Shown: in pieces, positions 26,391-32,000 of the stretch | Layout of the letters: every line of letters begins with the position of its first letter | Numbering within the stretch: the stretch's first letter is position 1 | Assembly: GCF_000017845.1 (NCBI RefSeq) | Contig: NC_010546.1 | Location: 1,950,001 to 1,982,000 of the forward strand | Source of the DNA: Crocosphaera subtropica ATCC 51142 | GTDB lineage: Bacteria; Cyanobacteriota; Cyanobacteriia; Cyanobacteriales; Microcystaceae | DNA length: 32,000 nucleotides | Direction of reading: 5' to 3' | Made by a program: the position numbers and the translations under genes | Notes under the pieces: generated by a model | Databases searched by the model: none | Told to the model about the DNA's origin: nothing | Seen by the model: the letters and a program-made list of their open reading frames with translations, nothing else

Positions 26391-27926
26391 CTAAAAGATA
26401 AGATGAAGATATTGGCAGAGGGTTCCTGCATTAACCCCTAATTCAGTCCGCTCTTGTGCAGCTAACATTCCTGCCTTGGCGTGCCACCAAGCTGCCGTTG
26501 CCACCATTGCATCTAAAGGATGCTGAATCCTAAGATTTTGGGCCAGTAGTCCTCCAATTAACCCCGTCAACACATCCCCACTCCCTCCCCTAGCTAAAGC
26601 CGGGGTACTCTGGGGGATGATCCAAATTTTGCCTTGAGGATTCGCAATAATTGTTCTTGCTCCTTTTAATAAAATAATTGCTCCACTTTGACTAGCAGCC
26701 CTTTTTGCTGCACCGATTCTATCTTTTTCAGGATTATCTATATCAGGAAAAAGACGTTTAAACTCACCTAAATGGGGAGTTAATACTGTGGTTCCCTGAC
26801 GTTGCCTTAAGCATTTCCCTGTTCCCAGTTGAGCCAGAATATTAAGTGCATCTGCATCTAAGACAATCGGACATTCCGCTTTTAAAACTTTAGCCACCAC
26901 ATCAATTCCGTCTCTGGTTAACCCTGGACCACAAGCGATGATATCATAGGAGTCGAAGTCTGTTGCAAGTGGGGGCAGTGAAGCAATCGCCCCCTTTTCC
27001 GACTCTGGACAATCAATAATTAAACCATCAGGAATTTTACTAACTAATAAGGGTTTGAGGGATTCAGGCACAGCCACCGATAACATTCCGACACCACTGC
27101 CTTGGGCCCCTAATGCGGTGAGAATAGTCCCACCTGCGTAACGACGAGAACCACAGATGACCAATAAATGTCCCTGTTGATATTTATGGGTAACTTGGGG
27201 ACGGGACAAGGGCAAAAACTCTAATGCTAGGGTTTCGGTTAGCAGTTGTAAGGGGACGGGTTGGGAAATAATTGACCACACCTCTCGTAAAGGAATACCA
27301 AAATCGATCCTTTCTGCTTCACCCATATAAGCTAAGGCTTGGTCCTGAAAATAAGCTGGTTTCCATAACCCCAAACAGAGACTATGGGTGGCTTGCACTG
27401 CTGTGCCTAACACTTCCCCTGTGTCTGTGTGTAACCCCGAAGGAATATCAATACTGACCACAGGGGTCGACCATTCATTGAGACGATCAACCTCCATCGC
27501 CAAATTACCAGACAGCGATCGCGTTAATCCAAACCCAAATAAGCCATCAATGATTAATTGACAATTTTGTAAAGATTCTACATCGTCATAATAAGGAATA
27601 CCCAAACTGTCAGCATAGCGAGCGTGTTTTTGAGGTAACTCTTTTAATTTTGCCAAAGGACGATATAAACCAACCTCATACCCTTGTAGATGTAATTCTC
27701 TGGCAATAACTAACGCATCTCCTCCATTATGCCCTGGACCCACTAATATCCCCACTTTAGATGCAATTTTGAGGGGATAAAGCTGTTGAATCCGTTGAGA
27801 CATCATCAAGGCCGCTTTTTCCATTAAAGCAGCCACAGGCATACCGGCCGCAAATAGTCTCTCTTCAATGTTAGCCATTTGTTCGGCTGTCACCACAATC
27901 GAATCAAGTTCTTGTCTCGGTTGCAT
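26391..27926 (-). CDS. nnr: Bifunctional NAD(P)H-hydrate repair enzyme Nnr (epimerase + ADP-dependent dehydratase)
   Basis: YjeF-N motifs (GPGHNGGDALVIAREL, IIDGLFGFGL) and a carbohydrate-kinase-like C-domain (GPGL, GSGDVLTG). The track ORF starts at GTG 27977, inside the IS terminal hairpin. I place the start at ATG 27926 (MQPRQELD...). Confidence 0.88.
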   Translation of the reverse strand: MQPRQELDSIVVTAEQMANIEERLFAAGMPVAALMEKAALMMSQRIQQLYPLKIASKVGILVGPGHNGGDALVIARELHLQGYEVGLYRPLAKLKELPQKHARYADSLGIPYYDDVESLQNCQLIIDGLFGFGLTRSLSGNLAMEVDRLNEWSTPVVSIDIPSGLHTDTGEVLGTAVQATHSLCLGLWKPAYFQDQALAYMGEAERIDFGIPLREVWSIISQPVPLQLLTETLALEFLPLSRPQVTHKYQQGHLLVICGSRRYAGGTILTALGAQGSGVGMLSVAVPESLKPLLVSKIPDGLIIDCPESEKGAIASLPPLATDFDSYDIIACGPGLTRDGIDVVAKVLKAECPIVLDADALNILAQLGTGKCLRQRQGTTVLTPHLGEFKRLFPDIDNPEKDRIGAAKRAASQSGAIILLKGARTIIANPQGKIWIIPQSTPALARGGSGDVLTGLIGGLLAQNLRIQHPLDAMVATAAWWHAKAGMLAAQERTELGVNAGTLCQYLHLIF

Positions 27927-27954
27927 AGATATTCTTTCTTCGTTCAAATGCTTG

Positions 27955-28150
27955 TATACAGATTTTGACACTCCCACGGGGTTCTACCCGTGGGATTCTT
28001 GCTTCACAGACCCTTATCTAGCCAATCAAAGATTGACCCCGACAGTATGTCTCCACAAGCATTTTCATTCACGGACTGCCCGACCGCCACTAGACCACGA
28101 TTTCTTATTATTTGGCCAGCTGCAACGTCCCTATTTGTTTGATACCCACA
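27955..28150 (-). ncRNA. Putative TnpB guide RNA (omega/reRNA) scaffold region; boundaries approximate
   Basis: Established: TnpB guide RNAs derive from the 3' end of tnpB plus the right element end. Seen: an 8-bp perfect hairpin cccacggg gttcta cccgtggg (27973-27994), 10 nt downstream of the tnpB stop. No covariance model was run. Confidence 0.35.
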
Positions 28151-29320
28151 ATAAGGACAACAATGGAGTCTATCTGATAGACTTTTTTTACCTGTATGAG
28201 TATTACAATTAGGACAAATTTGGCTGGTATAGTCTTTATCTACCTTAAGAAAATAGACATCTCTTTTCCAGCAAACATACGCCAAAATATTGAAGAACTG
28301 ACCAAAACCAGCATCTAATGTATGCTTACCAAACAAGCCTTTAGCCCAAGCTTTTAAGTTAATATCTTCTACAAATATCATGCCAGCTTGATCACACAAA
28401 TGATGAGCTAATTTAAAATGCCAGTCTTTTCTAGTATCGTGGATCTTTTGATGAACTCTAGCTATTTTAGACTGAAGTTTTTGCCAATTATTAGACCCCT
28501 TTTTCTTGTTCTTTAACCTTCTTTGCAGTGATTTCAACTGGCCATGAAGTTGATTAAAAAACCGAGGTCTTTTGACTAATTCCCCATCTGAAGTAGCTAA
28601 GTATGAATCAAGTCCGATATCTACCCCTAGAGGATGTCCATGTATCGGGGTTTCAGGGATGTTGACCGCTAACTGATAACTTAGCTGTACAAAATACCCT
28701 GATGCCCGTTTAACTACCCTAATTTGTTTGATAAGAAACCCATCAGGAATAGGTCTAGACATTCTCATTTTTACCTCCCCAATTTTGGGAAGTTTTACCC
28801 AACCACTGCCTACCCATTCTTGCTTAACTGATGGGTAGAGAAAACTTCTCATTTTCTTCTTATAGCGTGGAAAACCAAAACCCCTTTCCCACATATTGAC
28901 AAACGCAGCCTCCAAAGTTCTTAGAGTCTGTTGCAACACTTGAGAGTGAGGTTCCTTTAATTCAGAGTAGCTTTTCTTGGCTTCTGTTAAAGATTTACAT
29001 TGAGAATTGTAGGTAGGTTTAGGAGCATTTGGATTAATTATGTATTCAGAATGAATTGAACAAGCATTGATAGGCGACTTACGACTGTTCACCCAATCCT
29101 TCCTTTCTCGAAGTGCGTAGTTATAAATTTTTTTGCACGTTTCAAGATATGTCTCAATTTTTTGAACTTGAGATTTTTTAGGCTTGAGTTTAAAGTCGTA
29201 AGTCATCGTTATCATGCCCTCGTTATAACATAGTTAATAAACGGTTTTCAATTTATTAACTATGTCTTCACTCCGACTAAAATCGAGGGGCTGTGTGGCG
29301 AATCGCATTCGCCACCCTGT
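27960..29320 (-). mobile_element. IS200/IS605-family element carrying tnpB only (no tnpA); ends approximate
   Basis: The tnpB ORF is flanked by perfect hairpins. On the right-end side: 27973-27994. On the left-end side: gtggcgaat cgc attcgccac (29295-29315), plus a 13-bp inverted repeat catagttaataaa/tttattaactatg (29229-29241 / 29252-29264). No Y1 transposase ORF is nearby. Exact termini cannot be set from a single copy. Confidence 0.7.
28004..29215 (-). CDS. tnpB: TnpB (IS605 OrfB family RNA-guided endonuclease)
   Basis: 403 aa. N-terminal YDFKLKPKKSQ...; RuvC-I LGVDIGLDSYLATSDG, RuvC-II IFVEDINLKAW, Zn-ribbon CPNC...CPYC, RuvC-III NRDVAAGQII. The catalytic residues appear intact. Confidence 0.95.
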   Translation of the reverse strand: MITMTYDFKLKPKKSQVQKIETYLETCKKIYNYALRERKDWVNSRKSPINACSIHSEYIINPNAPKPTYNSQCKSLTEAKKSYSELKEPHSQVLQQTLRTLEAAFVNMWERGFGFPRYKKKMRSFLYPSVKQEWVGSGWVKLPKIGEVKMRMSRPIPDGFLIKQIRVVKRASGYFVQLSYQLAVNIPETPIHGHPLGVDIGLDSYLATSDGELVKRPRFFNQLHGQLKSLQRRLKNKKKGSNNWQKLQSKIARVHQKIHDTRKDWHFKLAHHLCDQAGMIFVEDINLKAWAKGLFGKHTLDAGFGQFFNILAYVCWKRDVYFLKVDKDYTSQICPNCNTHTGKKSLSDRLHCCPYCGYQTNRDVAAGQIIRNRGLVAVGQSVNENACGDILSGSIFDWLDKGL

Positions 29321-29507
29321 ACACCCCGTCGGGCAAACTACATCTTACCCTGAAAAGCTGTGAGCTTTGTTTGCAACACCCTGTAAGGAAGGATAAACAG
29401 GATTAACCTGATCGCATATCTTAAGACTAGATTTTTAAATAGACAGTGATTAATAATATAAGCTAAATTGGTAACGAGTATGTATAAGTTCAACACATTC
29501 ACATCTC

Positions 29508-29963
29508 ATGAAGGAAACCCTAGAAGAAACTCCAAAAATTCGTTCTTTAGAAGATGCGTTACATCGGTGTCAATATCTCGGTATGCGTATTAGTCGTCAA
29601 CGTCGCTATATATTAGAGTTATTGTGGAAAAGCCAAGAACATCTATCGGCAAGAGAAATTTATAATCGTCTCAGTCAAAATGGTAAAAATGTTGGTCATA
29701 CCTCAGTGTATCAAAACCTTGAAGCCCTATCCAGTCAAGGGATTATCGAATGTCTAGAACGATGCGATGGACGACTTTATGGAACCATTACCGACTCCCA
29801 TAGTCATGTTAACTGTCTAGATACTCAACAAATTATTGATGTTCATGTTGAGCTTCCCTCTGAGTTGATCCAACAGATAGAAGCACAAACCGGGGTGACT
29901 ATCACTGACTATCGTATTGATTTTTATGGCCATAAAGAGCCAGAACAGTCTAAACTAATATGA
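29508..29963 (+). CDS. Fur-family metalloregulator
   Basis: 151 aa. Winged-helix part LSAREIYNRLSQNGKNVGHTSVYQNLEALSSQGII and the metal-site segment DSHSHVNCLD. Subfamily (Fur/Zur/PerR) is not resolvable by eye. Confidence 0.85.
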   Translation: MKETLEETPKIRSLEDALHRCQYLGMRISRQRRYILELLWKSQEHLSAREIYNRLSQNGKNVGHTSVYQNLEALSSQGIIECLERCDGRLYGTITDSHSHVNCLDTQQIIDVHVELPSELIQQIEAQTGVTITDYRIDFYGHKEPEQSKLI

Positions 29964-29996
29964 AATATTAAGTAAGCCTTAATCTGTGGAATTTTT

Positions 29997-31682
29997 GTGA
30001 GCGATCGCCCTATTTACCTTCTACTGGTAGACCAAGACCCCATTTTTCGCTTAGGACTCGCAACGATCTTAAGTAACTATGCTCAATGGGAAATTACGAG
30101 TCAAACGGATAACTTAACAGATGCCATAACCCAGTTATCCAATAACACAGTTGATTTAATTATTTTAGAGCCTAATTTAACAGATAAGGGGTTAACCGTT
30201 GAAACCTTTTATCAACAAATAAAAGAAATTCAGCCTCAGACAAAAGTATGTTTATTAAGTTATGACCTGAGTTGGGAACGACAGCAAGAATTACAAAAAA
30301 TAGGCATCGAAGGATATTGTAATAAAGGGGAACTGATAGAAGTTTTACTAGAAAAGTGGCAAAAAATAATTCAAGGGGAATTGATTTGGCCAATCACTGT
30401 TTCTAGTCAATTATCTCAGAGCCATAGAACAATTGCTAAAAGAAACTGGCTTTCTAAAGTTAGAAAATCAGGGATTGAGCAAATTGATAGTAATTTGCAA
30501 TTGATTAATCAAAACCTTAATAATCATCTGATTTCTATATGGGATAAAATCTTTTGGCAGGGCAGAAAACGAGAATTATTAACAGCCCGTTGGATAGTTG
30601 AACAGTTATTACCAGTTGATGTCATTATTGTCCCTTCGCAAAGAACGAATTCACAAATCATTAGAACAGAAAAGTTGATATCAAAAGGAACATTAGTAGC
30701 AACGGGAGAATGGTTGGAAATTTTTGAGAAAACTAATGATAAGCTTCAAAATGATCTTAAAAATTTAACTAACTTTCTTCTAGAAATTGATATTTTAAAA
30801 TTTGAAAAAAAACAAGAAATCTTAGAATTAGTTTTAAGGCAATTTGAGAGAATTATTAGTGATTTCAAGTTTATTGAGACGAAAAGTATGCAGTTATCAA
30901 GAAATCGGTTATCTATTTTAGAAAGGTTATGGAGAGAATCAGCCTTAATCTTTTTAAGTAAATACTGTCTCAATGAACAACAAGTATCCTTAGAAGACAT
31001 GGAAATCTTAGTAGAAGAAAATGAAGAATTAGTGTCTAATGAGATATTAAAAAAGATTCCTTGTTTTCCAGAATTATTTGATTATATTATTTTAGACACT
31101 GAATCAGAGCTTCCAAGTATTAACCAGTCAAATCCATCAGAAAAAAAGACAGATAATCAAGAAACTATCTTGCATAATGTGGTTATTCAAGTGGCTAACG
31201 GCATTGTGGCTTTAATTTTAAATTATTTTTCTGATAATGAAAAAGTTAAAACCAACTTATATAATATAGATATGGCATCATCAAGGGAAATTGCAAGATT
31301 CAGGAATCGTCTAGCCTGGGAATATAGAAAACAAGAATATTGGCAAGAACCAAAAAATATTTTTGAGAGTCAATATCAACTCTTTTTCTTCACGGAAAAA
31401 GGCATCGATTGCACCGTCATTTATTCTCCCCGTCAACAAGAATTAGAAGCCTTAAGGGGATTGCGTTGGACGGTGACCATTCTCTTAGAAATTAGAGATG
31501 CGATCGCCCCACTGTTACGATCCTTGGTAGGAACCGTTGGCAAAACCTTAGTCTATATTTTAACGCAAGTCATCGGTCGAGGCATTGGCTTAGTGGGTAA
31601 AGGAATTGTACAAGGCATTGGCAATAGTCTTTCCGAAAGAGATTATCCAAACAAACCCACAAGACACAATTCAAAATCCTAA
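29997..31682 (+). CDS. Response-regulator-like (pseudo-receiver) protein with DUF3685-type C-terminal region
   Basis: 561 aa, GTG start overlapping a HIP1 site. Receiver-like N-terminus (LLVDQDP...DLIILEPNL...CLLSY...CNKG) with Glu58 (GAG 30168-30170) at the phospho-acceptor position. Long helical C-terminal region ending in a Gly-rich hydrophobic stretch. Confidence 0.8.
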   Translation: MSDRPIYLLLVDQDPIFRLGLATILSNYAQWEITSQTDNLTDAITQLSNNTVDLIILEPNLTDKGLTVETFYQQIKEIQPQTKVCLLSYDLSWERQQELQKIGIEGYCNKGELIEVLLEKWQKIIQGELIWPITVSSQLSQSHRTIAKRNWLSKVRKSGIEQIDSNLQLINQNLNNHLISIWDKIFWQGRKRELLTARWIVEQLLPVDVIIVPSQRTNSQIIRTEKLISKGTLVATGEWLEIFEKTNDKLQNDLKNLTNFLLEIDILKFEKKQEILELVLRQFERIISDFKFIETKSMQLSRNRLSILERLWRESALIFLSKYCLNEQQVSLEDMEILVEENEELVSNEILKKIPCFPELFDYIILDTESELPSINQSNPSEKKTDNQETILHNVVIQVANGIVALILNYFSDNEKVKTNLYNIDMASSREIARFRNRLAWEYRKQEYWQEPKNIFESQYQLFFFTEKGIDCTVIYSPRQQELEALRGLRWTVTILLEIRDAIAPLLRSLVGTVGKTLVYILTQVIGRGIGLVGKGIVQGIGNSLSERDYPNKPTRHNSKS

Positions 31683-31765
31683 ATCACGGCCGAGAGATTC
31701 CCCTAGATGCAGCTTCATCGTTCATAATAAAAATAAAGAGTAATTTTTCTAACAACTAACTGGTT

Positions 31766-32000
31766 ATGAAATACATCTCCTCCTTAACCTCACGACAATA
31801 TCAATCGACTACAATGGTTCAGCCCAAACAACAGAAATCAACGACTCGTCAGCACAGTCGCCAACGTCGTTTAATGGGATGGGGGAAATTAATAACCAGC
31901 GGACTCTTCTTACAATTGTTATTAATAGCCGGCCCTGGTTGGGGACAAGAGGAAAAAGAACAATATAGTTATAGTGAACTGCTCAATGATATTAATGCAG
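31766..32000 (+). CDS. ftsH: Probable FtsH-type membrane protease, N-terminal part (runs off the window)
   Basis: Not in the track. Hand translation from ATG 31766: MKYISSLTSRQYQSTTMVQPKQQKSTTRQHSRQRRLMGWGKLITSGLFLQLLLIAGPGWGQEEKEQYSYSELLNDINA. A basic leader, a TM helix, then the YSELL..I motif typical of FtsH N-termini. Only 78 codons are visible. Confidence 0.45.
   Translation, partial: MKYISSLTSRQYQSTTMVQPKQQKSTTRQHSRQRRLMGWGKLITSGLFLQLLLIAGPGWGQEEKEQYSYSELLNDINA

Noticed and set aside
27272-28212. Track ORFs 27272..27457 (+) and 27868..28212 (+)
   Set aside because: They are antisense to nnr and to the tnpB 3' end. The second spans the intergenic hairpin and is an artefact of open antisense frames.
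30172-31000. Track ORFs 30172..30393 (-) and 30746..31000 (-)
   Set aside because: They are antisense within the DUF3685 pseudo-receiver gene, AT-rich and of low complexity (F/L/I/K/S).

Overview
This is a chromosomal segment of a cyanobacterium. By eye there are at least 16 copies of the HIP1 octamer GCGATCGC, together with apcF, raf1, a PEP-CTERM protein, Uma2 and other cyanobacteria-typical genes. The composition suggests a unicellular Cyanothece/Crocosphaera-like lineage, but that cannot be proven here. Core content, left to right: two EPS-type glycosyltransferases, raf1, tRNA-Thr(CGU), small conserved membrane and hypothetical proteins, a PEP-CTERM secreted protein, an FHA-adenylate cyclase, a multi-pass membrane protein, clpB, an RRM RNA-binding protein, a DUF1997-like protein, apcF, secA, tRNA-Ser(UGA), metG, a NYN/LabA protein, nnr, a Fur-family regulator, a DUF3685 pseudo-receiver protein and the 5' end of ftsH. 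Three accessory insertions interrupt this backbone. (i) At 2.86-8.32 kb lies an AT-rich, integrase-less islet. It is bracketed by tRNA-Thr and a diverged copy of that tRNA's 3' half, and it carries only two tandem paralogous dynamin-like GTPases. The first is fused to an N-terminal TerB-like module and a glycine-zipper membrane hairpin. This pair is my best candidate for an undescribed or divergent membrane-acting defence/stress system, possibly related to the LeoA/LeoBC (Eleos) dynamin pair. (ii) At 13.5-15.95 kb lies a second AT-rich patch with a Uma2 nuclease pseudogene (a single in-frame TAG), a 5'-truncated Rpn-family fragment and an orphan two-gene cassette. The two cassette proteins share an N-terminal motif, and the second is a membrane protein with a Cys cluster. 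(iii) At about 27.96-29.32 kb lies a TnpB-only IS200/IS605-family element with an intact RuvC/Zn-ribbon and terminal hairpins, inserted directly upstream of nnr. All product calls rest on motif recognition from the translations. No database search or folding program was run.
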